A stretch of 20,000 nt of DNA from an uncultured Methanosarcinales archaeon. Its GTDB lineage: Archaea; Nanobdellota; Nanobdellia; Woesearchaeales; CALCXY01. The notes under the pieces are model-generated. The model was not told the DNA's origin. It searched no databases and saw only the letters and a list, made by a program, of their open reading frames with translations. Positions within the stretch are counted from its first letter, which is position 1; the number at the start of each line of letters is the position of its first letter. Location: NCBI GenBank assembly GCA_964385185.1, contig CAYLOA010000002.1, positions 61,994 to 81,993 on the forward strand, in the 5' to 3' direction. Shown one piece after another: positions 1 through 8,364 of the stretch. Position numbers and translations under genes: made by a program.

Positions 1-198
1 TTAATGGCAAAAGGAGGTGTCTGGATACTATTAGGAATAACAGTCATGATCATTGGGCATTTAATTAATATTGCCCTTGGTGTGCTTGGACCGTTTTTAC
101 ACGGGATCAGGCTCCACTATGTGGAGTTCTTCTCCAAATTTTTTTCTGGAGGAGGACAAGAATATGAGCCTTTTGGCTTAAACGATACGGAGGTATAA
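1..198 (+). CDS. atpI: A/V-type ATP synthase subunit I (a), C-terminal fragment (5'-truncated by window)
   Basis: Frame is open from base 1. Motif 'GHLINIALGVLGPFLHGIRLHYVEFFSKFFSGGGQEYEPF' is the conserved C-terminus of subunit I/a. Sits directly upstream of atpK. Confidence 0.95.
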   Translation, partial: LMAKGGVWILLGITVMIIGHLINIALGVLGPFLHGIRLHYVEFFSKFFSGGGQEYEPFGLNDTEV

Positions 199-202
199 AA
201 AA

Positions 203-427
203 ATGGCAGGAATTGAAACAGGAATTATAGGAGTAGCAGCATCGGTGGCTATCGCTTCAACTGCTTTTGCAGCAGCTTGGGCTGAGCAGAAGATTGGAGT
301 TGCAGCAGTAGGTGCAATGGCTGAGAATGAGAAATTATTCGGAAAAGGCCTTATCTTAACCGTTATTCCAGAGACAATTGTTATCTTTGGACTAGTTGTA
401 GCTATCCTAATAATTGGAATGGCGTAA
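203..427 (+). CDS. atpK: A/V-type ATP synthase subunit K (c, proteolipid), single hairpin
   Basis: 74 aa, two hydrophobic helices, ion-binding 'IPETIVIFG' motif; GGAGGT SD upstream. Confidence 0.96.
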   Translation: MAGIETGIIGVAASVAIASTAFAAAWAEQKIGVAAVGAMAENEKLFGKGLILTVIPETIVIFGLVVAILIIGMA

Positions 428-431
428 GAAT

Positions 432-986
432 ATGGCAATAGAAGATGTGAAGCAACAGCTTCTTAGTGAAGCTGAGGCTAAAGCAAAGAAAATTGTGGCG
501 GAAGCTGACACACAGGTAGAGGCATCTACAAAACAGATAGAGGAAGAGGTCAAAACCTATGAATCTCATCTGCAAAAACAGAATGAAGACATGCTCACTT
601 TGCATAAGCGAAAAGAGCTGGCTCAAGCTGAGTTTGATGGTAAGAAATTACTGTTAGATGCTAAAAAAGAACTTGTGGATCAGACGATGGAAAAAGTTCA
701 ACACATGTTAGAACAACTTCCTCCTGCAAAACGAAAAAAACTCAATGAAGCTCTTCTCAAAGAAGCTTCCAAGGAGATTACCGTTAAACAGGTAATTTTG
801 GCAAAAAAAGACCTTAGGACTGTCTCAAAAGCAGGAATCAAAAAGATTACTGGAGACATTACTGGAGGACTCATTGCTGAAACTGCTGATGGTAAAATCT
901 TGGTAGACTTAAGTGTGGAGAGTATGTTGGAGCAGATTCGGGCAGAGAAGCTACAAGAAGTGAGTGAGGTGCTCTTTGGTGAGTAA
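432..986 (+). CDS. atpE: A/V-type ATP synthase subunit E
   Basis: N-terminal coiled coil, 'ITGGLIAETADGKILVDLS' and C-terminal 'EVSEVLFG' are typical of subunit E; operon position fits. Start moved to ATG 432, just after the atpK stop. Confidence 0.9.
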   Translation: MAIEDVKQQLLSEAEAKAKKIVAEADTQVEASTKQIEEEVKTYESHLQKQNEDMLTLHKRKELAQAEFDGKKLLLDAKKELVDQTMEKVQHMLEQLPPAKRKKLNEALLKEASKEITVKQVILAKKDLRTVSKAGIKKITGDITGGLIAETADGKILVDLSVESMLEQIRAEKLQEVSEVLFGE

Positions 987-1962
987 ATTACGACTGGGAT
1001 TTTATCCCTACACGTATGCAAGGATTGCAGTAATGAAGGGAGCTTTGATCAAGCAAGAGCAATGGGCTCAACTGCTTAAGATGGGACCTAATGAGTTACT
1101 GCGTTGGATGCAAGATTCAGGGTATAAACCTGAGATTGACGACCTGGGTGTAGAGAAAAGGGATCTTACCCAGTTGGAGATGGCATTGACCAAGAATTTT
1201 ATGCGAACGTTAACAAAACTGCATAGAATTTCAGATGAAAAGGTACAGCAGGTGCTCAAAGTCTATGTCAAACGATATGATCTTGATAATTTCAAGACGA
1301 TTATACGTGGCAAGATGACTCATGTAGCATCTGATGAACTGAGATCATTATTGGTTCCTAGCATAAACCACACCCTAGAGTATTTTGATGAGTTGTTGGC
1401 AATGGATAATGTCGAACAGATTTTGAAAGCACTTCCCTATGAAGTTGCTGGAGATGATTTGTTTGCCATTGAAAATGCACTTGATCGAGCTCACTTTGAA
1501 GAGTTGTCACATCTGATTGAAAGAATCAGAGGACAGGGAGCTCCTATGAGGGCTTTTTTACAAGCTGAGTTAGACAATATGAACATCAAATTGATTCTTC
1601 GACTCAAAAAGGAAGAGTTTGAAGATGAGGATATTCGAAAGTATCTCATTTCACCGAGTACAAAAATGTTAGAACTCGTAGATGAAAAAGATATTGCTAG
1701 TATCATTGCAAAACTGAGAAAAGAAAAGCATGTGGTGATTGAAGGTGACAATCCTGAACTTGCTGACTTGGAGATTGATTTGGATACGGCCTTGTTAAAA
1801 AAAGAACGACTCTTGATGCATCAACATCCTTTGACGGTAAGCGTCATCTTAGGATTTATGTTGGCAAAAGAGATTGAAGTCAAAAATTTGAAGGTGTTAA
1901 TTAAAGGAAAAATGTTAGGATTGGAGGAACAGTATTTAGAAAAACTGTTGGTTGTACAATGA
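979..1962 (+). CDS. atpC: A/V-type ATP synthase subunit C (d)
   Basis: 'YPYTYARIAVMKGALI', 'YDLDNFKTIIRGK', 'KEIEVKNLKVLIKGK' motifs. Likely GTG start at 979 after a GAGGTG SD. Confidence 0.92.
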   Translation: MSKLRLGFYPYTYARIAVMKGALIKQEQWAQLLKMGPNELLRWMQDSGYKPEIDDLGVEKRDLTQLEMALTKNFMRTLTKLHRISDEKVQQVLKVYVKRYDLDNFKTIIRGKMTHVASDELRSLLVPSINHTLEYFDELLAMDNVEQILKALPYEVAGDDLFAIENALDRAHFEELSHLIERIRGQGAPMRAFLQAELDNMNIKLILRLKKEEFEDEDIRKYLISPSTKMLELVDEKDIASIIAKLRKEKHVVIEGDNPELADLEIDLDTALLKKERLLMHQHPLTVSVILGFMLAKEIEVKNLKVLIKGKMLGLEEQYLEKLLVVQ

Positions 1963-2255
1963 AAGAATTAGGAGTATTAGGTGGAAGTGAATTTACACTA
2001 GGTTTTCGATTAACCGGTATCAAAAAAGTAATTGAATTTAAAGATGAAAAAGATGCCAACGCAATGATGGCAGATAAAACAATAGGAGTGGTAATAATGG
2101 ATCAGAAAAGTTTTGATAGTTTATCAGATTTCAAAAAAGAGGAAGTGACCAATAACAATGAACCAGTATTTGTTGTTGTGTCCGATCAACCGCAAGACGA
2201 GTTGAGAAATATGATTATAAGGAGTATCGGGGTTGACCTGATGCAGGAAGGGTGA
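1959..2255 (+). CDS. atpF: A/V-type ATP synthase subunit F
   Basis: '[18 protein letters not shown]' N-terminus and '[13 protein letters not shown]' C-terminus; ATGA overlap with atpC. Confidence 0.93.
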   Translation: MKELGVLGGSEFTLGFRLTGIKKVIEFKDEKDANAMMADKTIGVVIMDQKSFDSLSDFKKEEVTNNNEPVFVVVSDQPQDELRNMIIRSIGVDLMQEG

Positions 2256-2260
2256 TTATA

Positions 2261-4036
2261 ATGGCAAAAGCTAAACAAAGTAAAACAAAGGAAAGTGAAA
2301 AAGGAGTACTCTATAGGATCGCAGGACCGGTTGTAGTTGCAAAAGGTCTTTCTGCTCGAATGTATGATGTCATGCGTGTGGGCAATGAACGACTTATGGG
2401 AGAAGTTATCAAGATTGAAGGAGAGTTAATTACGATCCAAGTCTATGAAGATACTTCAGGAATCAAGCCAGGAGAACCGGTTGAAAACACAGGAGAACAA
2501 CTCTCTGTTGAATTAGGTCCTGGATTGTTAACCAGTATCTATGATGGAATTCAACGACCTCTGGAAGTATTACAACAACAAATGGGTGATTTCATTGCTC
2601 GTGGTGTTGATGCTCCAGGATTAGACCCCGATAAAAAATGGGAGTTTAAACCAACAGCAAAAAATGGAGAAAAAGTTGAAGGTGGACATGTTTTGGGTGA
2701 AGTTGAGGAGACAGAAGGATTTACCCATAAAATTATGGTACCTCCTCATATGGAAGGTGAAATTAAAGATATCAAATCAGGAAGTTTTACGATAGATGAG
2801 CCTATCTGTGTTTTAAAAAGTGGCGAAAAAATTGCCATGAAACAACGATGGCCTGTTAGAAATCCAAGACCTTCCAAAGAGAAATTGGCTCCTACTGAAC
2901 CTCTTATTACAGGACAGAGAGTCTTTGACGTTTTTTTCCCGCTTGCTAAGGGTGGAACTGCAGCTATTCCTGGACCGTTTGGTGCTGGAAAGACGGTTGC
3001 ACAACAACAACTAGCAAAATGGTGCGATGCAGATGTCATTGTCTATGTAGGTTGCGGAGAACGAGGAAACGAGATGACTGAAGTATTAAGTGAATTTCCT
3101 CATCTTAAAGATCCAAAAACTGGAAAACCTTTGATGAATAGAACTGTATTAATTGCAAATACATCGAACATGCCAGTGGCTGCTCGAGAAGCGAGCTGTT
3201 ATACAGGAGTTACTATTGCAGAATATTTCAGAGATATGGGATATTCGGTAGCTATCATGGCCGATAGTACATCACGATGGGCTGAAGCTATGAGAGAGAT
3301 TTCTTCACGTCTTGAAGAGATGCCTGGAGAGGAAGGATATCCTGCTTATTTGGCTACAAGATTAGCTGAGTTCTATGAACGAGCAGGTCCTGTTGTGAAT
3401 TTTGATGGGAGCAAAGGAAGTTTATCCATTATTGGGGCTGTGAGTCCTGCTGGTGGAGACTTTTCAGAACCCGTTACTCAAAATACACTTCGTGTTACTA
3501 AAACATTTTGGGCACTTGATTCAAAACTAGCTCAAAGGAGACACTTTCCGTCTATTAATTGGTTGAATAGTTACAGTTTGTATCTAGATAATCTAGAGCC
3601 TTATTTTGCAAAACATGTTGCATCAGATTGGAGAAAACTAGTAAGTACGATGATGAATTTTCTTCAAGAAGAAGATAAGTTGTTGGAAATTGTTCAGTTG
3701 GTGGGTAGTGACTCACTTCCTGAGAAACAACAGTTGATCCTAGAAGTATCTCGATTGATTAGAGAGTTTATGCTTCAGCAAAACGCTTTCCATGATATTG
3801 ATACCTATTGTGACACCAAAAAGAGCTATAACATGATGAAAATTATCTTGAAATATGGTGAACTGGGTGACACAGCACTTGAACAAGGTGCAAGAGTAAA
3901 ACAAATTATTGAGATTAAGGCAAAAGATAGGATTGGAGAAGCAAAATTCACCAAAGACTATGAAAAGCTATTAGATGAAGTACAAAAGGCGATGGAAAAA
4001 GAGTTTGAAGGCCTTGTACGAGGTGATTCCAAATGA
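2261..4036 (+). CDS. atpA: A/V-type ATP synthase catalytic subunit A
   Basis: Walker A GPFGAGKT, '[11 protein letters not shown]', '[14 protein letters not shown]', '[13 protein letters not shown]'. Normal length, no intein. ATG 2261 follows a GGTGA SD. Confidence 0.98.
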   Translation: MAKAKQSKTKESEKGVLYRIAGPVVVAKGLSARMYDVMRVGNERLMGEVIKIEGELITIQVYEDTSGIKPGEPVENTGEQLSVELGPGLLTSIYDGIQRPLEVLQQQMGDFIARGVDAPGLDPDKKWEFKPTAKNGEKVEGGHVLGEVEETEGFTHKIMVPPHMEGEIKDIKSGSFTIDEPICVLKSGEKIAMKQRWPVRNPRPSKEKLAPTEPLITGQRVFDVFFPLAKGGTAAIPGPFGAGKTVAQQQLAKWCDADVIVYVGCGERGNEMTEVLSEFPHLKDPKTGKPLMNRTVLIANTSNMPVAAREASCYTGVTIAEYFRDMGYSVAIMADSTSRWAEAMREISSRLEEMPGEEGYPAYLATRLAEFYERAGPVVNFDGSKGSLSIIGAVSPAGGDFSEPVTQNTLRVTKTFWALDSKLAQRRHFPSINWLNSYSLYLDNLEPYFAKHVASDWRKLVSTMMNFLQEEDKLLEIVQLVGSDSLPEKQQLILEVSRLIREFMLQQNAFHDIDTYCDTKKSYNMMKIILKYGELGDTALEQGARVKQIIEIKAKDRIGEAKFTKDYEKLLDEVQKAMEKEFEGLVRGDSK

Positions 4037-5418
4037 GTACTACAGTAAAATCATATAAAACAATAAATCAAATTGCAGGTCCATTAGTTTTTGTTGAGAA
4101 AACAGAACCGGTTGGATATGGTAATCTTGTAAAGTTACAATTAACTGATGGTCAGGTTTTAGCTGGACAGGTTCTTGATACTTCAGACGACATTGTTGTT
4201 GTCCAAGTATTTGAAGGAACTTCTGGTATTGACCTTAATACAAAGGTTACTTTCCTTAAGGAAACGATCAAATTAGGAGTTTCCAAAGATATGATGGGGA
4301 GGATTTTTGATGGTGCAGGAAAACCTATTGATGGTGGAGCTGAAATTATTCCTGAGAAAAAACAGGATATTATCGGAGCTGCTATTAATCCCTACGCTAG
4401 AAGTCAGCCTGCTGATTTCATTCAGACTGGTGTGAGTACTATTGATGCCATGAACACATTAGTTCGTGGGCAGAAACTTCCTATTTTTTCTGGAAGTGGA
4501 TTACCACACAATGAAATTGCTTTGCAGATTGCAAGACAAGCTAAAGTGATTGGTCAAAAGGAAAATTTCGTAGTTGTTTTTGCAGCTATGGGAATTACTA
4601 ATGAGGAATCTCAACAGTTCATCAAAGATTTTGAGGAGACAGGAGCTTTGCAAAGAAGTATTGTCTTTTTGAATCTTGCAGATGATCCAGCTGTGGAGAG
4701 ATTAGTTACTCCAAGGATGGCTTTAACTGCTGCAGAATACTTTGCGTATGAACATGATGCACACGTATTGGTTATTTTAACAGATATGACTAATTATTGT
4801 GAATCTTTACGTGAAATTGGAGCTGCACGAGAGGAAGTTCCTGGAAGACGAGGATATCCTGGGTACATGTATACAGATCTTGCCATGATTTATGAGCGAG
4901 CTGGATTAATTAAAGGTCGAAAAGGATCTGTAACACAGATTCCTATTCTTACCATGGTTGGAGATGATATTACGCATCCGATTCCGGATTTGACTGGATA
5001 TATTACTGAAGGTCAAATTGTTTTGAGTCGAGAGTTGCATAGAAAAGGTATCTATCCACCGATTGATGTTCTGCCTTCATTATCTAGACTTATGAATCTA
5101 GGTATTGGTGATGGAAAAACAAGAGAAGATCATAAAGAAGTTTCAGATCAAGCGTATGCAAACTATGCAGAAGGTCGTGATTTGAGAGGTCTTGTTGCCA
5201 TTGTTGGTGAAGAAGCTTTAAGTGATCGTGATAAGAAATTATTACACTTTGCAGCTTCTTTTGAAGAGATATTTGTTACTCAAGGTAAAAATGAGGAAAG
5301 AGATATTGGAAAGAGTCTTGATCTGGATTGGAAATTACTTGGGGACATTCCAAAGAGAATGCTTACGAGAATTAGTCCTGAACTTAAGAATAAGTTCTGG
5401 AAAGGCACGGAGGAATAG
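4033..5418 (+). CDS. atpB: A/V-type ATP synthase subunit B
   Basis: '[16 protein letters not shown]', '[18 protein letters not shown]', '[16 protein letters not shown]'. Confidence 0.98.
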   Translation: MSTTVKSYKTINQIAGPLVFVEKTEPVGYGNLVKLQLTDGQVLAGQVLDTSDDIVVVQVFEGTSGIDLNTKVTFLKETIKLGVSKDMMGRIFDGAGKPIDGGAEIIPEKKQDIIGAAINPYARSQPADFIQTGVSTIDAMNTLVRGQKLPIFSGSGLPHNEIALQIARQAKVIGQKENFVVVFAAMGITNEESQQFIKDFEETGALQRSIVFLNLADDPAVERLVTPRMALTAAEYFAYEHDAHVLVILTDMTNYCESLREIGAAREEVPGRRGYPGYMYTDLAMIYERAGLIKGRKGSVTQIPILTMVGDDITHPIPDLTGYITEGQIVLSRELHRKGIYPPIDVLPSLSRLMNLGIGDGKTREDHKEVSDQAYANYAEGRDLRGLVAIVGEEALSDRDKKLLHFAASFEEIFVTQGKNEERDIGKSLDLDWKLLGDIPKRMLTRISPELKNKFWKGTEE

Positions 5419-5420
5419 GG

Positions 5421-6650
5421 ATGTCGTCTGAGTTAAAAATCGGTGAGATTTTAATTAAAATAATTATTATTTTAGTAACTGCCAAATTGTTTGGATGGTT
5501 GGCTGAGAAATTAAAACAACCTTCTGTACTCGGAGAACTTCTTGCAGGAGTATTATTGGGTCCCAGTTTGTTTAATTTAATTAATCCGTATGAACCGACC
5601 TTATTGTTTAGTATTATTCACTTTTTAGGTGAGATTGGAGTAATACTGTTATTATTCCAAGTAGGACTAGAGTCAAATATTTACCAGTTATTAAAATCAG
5701 GAATGACGAGTACACTTGTAGCTATTATAGGAGTTGTAGCACCTGTCCTTATGGGAATTGGATTTGCTATGGGTCTTATGAAAATCACAGATTTTAATGT
5801 TGCTTTACTTATTGGAGCAACTTTAGCAGCAACCTCTGTTGGGATTACCATGAGAGTATTGTCTGATATGAAAAAGACAAATACTGAAGAAGGTAAAATT
5901 ATATTAGGAGCAGCTGTTATCGATGATATTTTAGGTTTGATTATCTTAAGTGTTATTGCAGGACTCGTTGAAGGCGGAACTCATGGTTCTCAATCATTAA
6001 TGTCCATCATTGGATTGAATACATTATATTCAGTTCTATTTTTGGTTATATCCATCTGGGTAGGAATCAAATATACTCCTTTAATATATAAAATTGGAAA
6101 AAGGATGAAGATTGGACGAACTTTTGTTGTGAGTTCATTTATCTTTATGCTGATCCTATCAGCTATCGCCGATTATATTGGACTAGCGACTATTGTAGGA
6201 GCTTTTGCAGCAGGATTAGTGTTTGAACGATTAGAAGAAAAAGAACACTATGAAGAAAGAATTCAACCGGTTGCAAATATCTTTGTTCCTATCTTTTTTG
6301 TAGTTGCTGGATTATATCTTGATGTGGGAGCTTTAATGCAGCCAGGAATTATTCCTATTGTTTTAGCTTTAACCGTTATTGCAATTATTGGAAAACTTAT
6401 CGCTGGATGGGGAGCTATCGGTGCAGGAGTTAATAAACTTACAATTGGTATTGGTATGGTCCCTCGAGGAGAGGTAGGACTTATCTTTGCATCCTTTGGA
6501 TTAACCTATGGATTATTGCAAGCTGAATTGTATTCAGCATTAGTTATTGTAGTAATGTTAACCACACTTATTGCACCACCACTTTTACTTATAGTGATGA
6601 AGAAGGTAAAAGGTGGCGGAGAGATTCCAGAGACGGAGCAGATTTTTTAG
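5421..6650 (+). CDS. CPA2-family (NapA/GerN-like) cation:H+ antiporter
   Basis: About 13 hydrophobic segments; 'KQPSVLGELLAGVLLGP', 'LLFQVGLE', 'LAATSVGIT', 'AAVIDDILGL', 'VGAFAAGL', 'GMVPRGEVG'. No C-terminal TrkA/RCK domain. Confidence 0.92.
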   Translation: MSSELKIGEILIKIIIILVTAKLFGWLAEKLKQPSVLGELLAGVLLGPSLFNLINPYEPTLLFSIIHFLGEIGVILLLFQVGLESNIYQLLKSGMTSTLVAIIGVVAPVLMGIGFAMGLMKITDFNVALLIGATLAATSVGITMRVLSDMKKTNTEEGKIILGAAVIDDILGLIILSVIAGLVEGGTHGSQSLMSIIGLNTLYSVLFLVISIWVGIKYTPLIYKIGKRMKIGRTFVVSSFIFMLILSAIADYIGLATIVGAFAAGLVFERLEEKEHYEERIQPVANIFVPIFFVVAGLYLDVGALMQPGIIPIVLALTVIAIIGKLIAGWGAIGAGVNKLTIGIGMVPRGEVGLIFASFGLTYGLLQAELYSALVIVVMLTTLIAPPLLLIVMKKVKGGGEIPETEQIF

Positions 6651-7268
6651 ATGGCAGACATAAAACCTACTCGAAGTGAGCTTATCAAGCTCAACAAAAG
6701 CATTAAGCTAGCTCAAAGTGGGCATAGTTTGCTTAAGAAGAAAAGAGATGGGTTGATTTTAGAGTTCTTTGAGATATTGAAGAATGCTAAATCAATGAGG
6801 GCTGAATTAGCTGAATTGTTTACAGGTGCTCAGCAAAAAGTAAATATTGCTCGAACTTTGTATTCAGATTTGAAGCTTCGTTCTTTGGCGTATGCTATTG
6901 AAGAATCTCCTAAGATTACTTTGGAGACTAAGAATATCATGGGAGTGAGTGTTCCTAAAATACAATCTGAGCAGATAGAGAAAGCCATGAAAGATAGAGG
7001 GATTGGTGTTGCTGGAAGTACTCCTGCAATTGATGAGAGTATATTAGCTCATGAAAAATTAGTGGATAAGATTTTACAAGTTGCAGAGATTGAGACTGCC
7101 ATTAAAAGATTACTATCTGAGATTGAGAAAACTAAAAGAAGGGTGAATGCTTTGGAGTTTTCTGTTATTCCTAAAATGCTTGATGTAAAAGCATTTATTA
7201 AATTACGATTAGAAGAGATGGAACGAGAGAATATCTTTAGATTGAAGAGAGTAAAGGCAAAGGCTTAA
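6651..7268 (+). CDS. atpD: A/V-type ATP synthase subunit D
   Basis: 'KPTRSELIKL', 'GHSLLKKKRDGL', 'EIEKTKRRVNALE', 'LEEMERENIFRLK'. Confidence 0.97.
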   Translation: MADIKPTRSELIKLNKSIKLAQSGHSLLKKKRDGLILEFFEILKNAKSMRAELAELFTGAQQKVNIARTLYSDLKLRSLAYAIEESPKITLETKNIMGVSVPKIQSEQIEKAMKDRGIGVAGSTPAIDESILAHEKLVDKILQVAEIETAIKRLLSEIEKTKRRVNALEFSVIPKMLDVKAFIKLRLEEMERENIFRLKRVKAKA

Positions 7269-8029
7269 CGTTTAAGATATTCAACAACTAAATCTGCATG
7301 TTCAAAACCAACAAAACCTGCCGCTATGGGAATTCCCTTTTCTCCTACAGCTTTTTTCATTCTGTCAGCAAAACATTTTGCATAAGCTGTTACATAATCC
7401 AAGGATCCTTGTGTTTTATTTTCAAATTCAAATTTTGAAGGAAGTCGATACGATAAATCATAAATTTTTAGCCCAGTTCTGATATAGTCTGGGTTTTCTA
7501 AAGCTTTATGAAGATGCCCTACTTTATAATATAGTTTTTTATGAGTTAATTTTTTAAGTCTACTTACTACTGCCCTGCGCAGTCCAATTTCCGCAAGTAT
7601 ATCACTTTCAGAGACAATGAGAGTATTTGCATCTATAACTTGTCCTAACAAGTCTTCTACCAGACAAACCCCATTATGTCTAGGAACATATCGCTCTGCA
7701 GCGGATGCTATCTTAAATCTTAATATGGGTCCAATATCTTCACCATTTCTCAGTCCTCCATGGGGTAAGGGGTAAATGTCAAATTGAGCTTGTTTTGTAG
7801 TCACTTTTATTTTTGGAAGATCTTGATTAGGATTGGGTATTTTCTGTTCAAGAGTTTCAATCTTATTTTTATTTTCTAATCTCCATTGTTTGAGTAGATG
7901 TGGATAGAGATAGTGATCTTTTCTTAATGCCCAGTTTTTATCCGGGTGAAGATGGAGATATCTTTCCTTTACTTCGGTAAGGTTTTCACTTCTTCTGAAG
8001 ATATCTGCCAAGTTTTTATCCTTCACCAT
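7265..8029 (-). CDS. Hypothetical protein, 254 aa (weak TraB/GumN-like motifs; N-terminal HPDKN)
   Basis: Long ORF filling the gap. Stop overlaps the atpD stop (TTAA). TATA-like TATTTAAA about 22 nt upstream. Function uncertain. Confidence 0.75.
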   Translation of the reverse strand: MVKDKNLADIFRRSENLTEVKERYLHLHPDKNWALRKDHYLYPHLLKQWRLENKNKIETLEQKIPNPNQDLPKIKVTTKQAQFDIYPLPHGGLRNGEDIGPILRFKIASAAERYVPRHNGVCLVEDLLGQVIDANTLIVSESDILAEIGLRRAVVSRLKKLTHKKLYYKVGHLHKALENPDYIRTGLKIYDLSYRLPSKFEFENKTQGSLDYVTAYAKCFADRMKKAVGEKGIPIAAGFVGFEHADLVVEYLKR

Positions 8030-8050
8030 ATGTGGTGGGAAATCTGATAG

Positions 8051-8058
8051 TTTAAATA
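8051..8058 (-). promoter_or_regulatory. Putative TATA box for the 7265-8029 gene (leaderless spacing)
   Basis: Minus strand reads TATTTAAA, ending about 22 nt before the ATG. Confidence 0.45.
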
Positions 8059-8100
8059 AACAACCATTCAGAATTATACATGAGTGCGAATATCATACTG

Positions 8101-8116
8101 GAGATAAATTTATAAA
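8101..8116 (+). promoter_or_regulatory. Putative BRE/TATA promoter of tRNA-Lys
   Basis: Purine-rich GAGATAAA followed by TTTATAAA (8109-8116), 31 nt before the mature tRNA 5' end. Confidence 0.65.
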
Positions 8117-8147
8117 TGGAGTACGAGTCTAGTATTATATACGAAAC

Positions 8148-8221
8148 GGGCCTGTAGCTCAGTCTGGCAGAGCGAATGGCTCTTAACCATTAGGCCGCGA
8201 GTTCAAATCTCGTCAGGCCCG
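8148..8221 (+). tRNA. tRNA-Lys(CTT), no intron, CCA not encoded
   Basis: Cloverleaf: acceptor GGGCCTG/CAGGCCC, D stem GCTC/GAGC, anticodon stem AATGG/CCATT with loop CT-CTT-AA (anticodon 8182-8184), T stem GCGAG/CTCGT with loop TTCAAAT, discriminator G. Confidence 0.97.
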
Positions 8222-8226
8222 TCGAC

Positions 8227-8310
8227 TGCAAGCTCGGTCGACAAGCTCATCTTGTGCTATCGAGGCAAGCTCGAAAGCACTAGGAATCTAGCTTGTTGGC
8301 TGAGTTAGCA
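8227..8310 (+). other. Long imperfect hairpin in the tRNA trailer (structured RNA or REP/MITE-like palindrome)
   Basis: 8231-8247 pairs with 8290-8306 over 17 bp with 4 G.U pairs. Inner stems GTGCT/AGCAC and TCGAG/CTCGA close a GCAAG loop. Three copies of CAAGCTC. Confidence 0.7.
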
Positions 8311-8320
8311 TTTTTTCTTT
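8311..8320 (+). terminator. Oligo-T terminator after tRNA and hairpin
   Basis: TTTTTTCTTT directly after the hairpin base; archaeal U-tract terminator pattern. Confidence 0.6.
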
Positions 8321-8364
8321 AAATTAAGTAAATACTTAAAAATGAACATGAATTCTCTTCCTAG

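Noticed and set aside
2261..5418. Intein in AtpA or AtpB
   Set aside because: Normal lengths; the P-loop region is uninterrupted.
8227..8310. SRP RNA, RNase P RNA or second tRNA
   Set aside because: No SRP helix-8 GNRA/symmetric-loop motif, no RNase P P4 consensus and no cloverleaf recognised.
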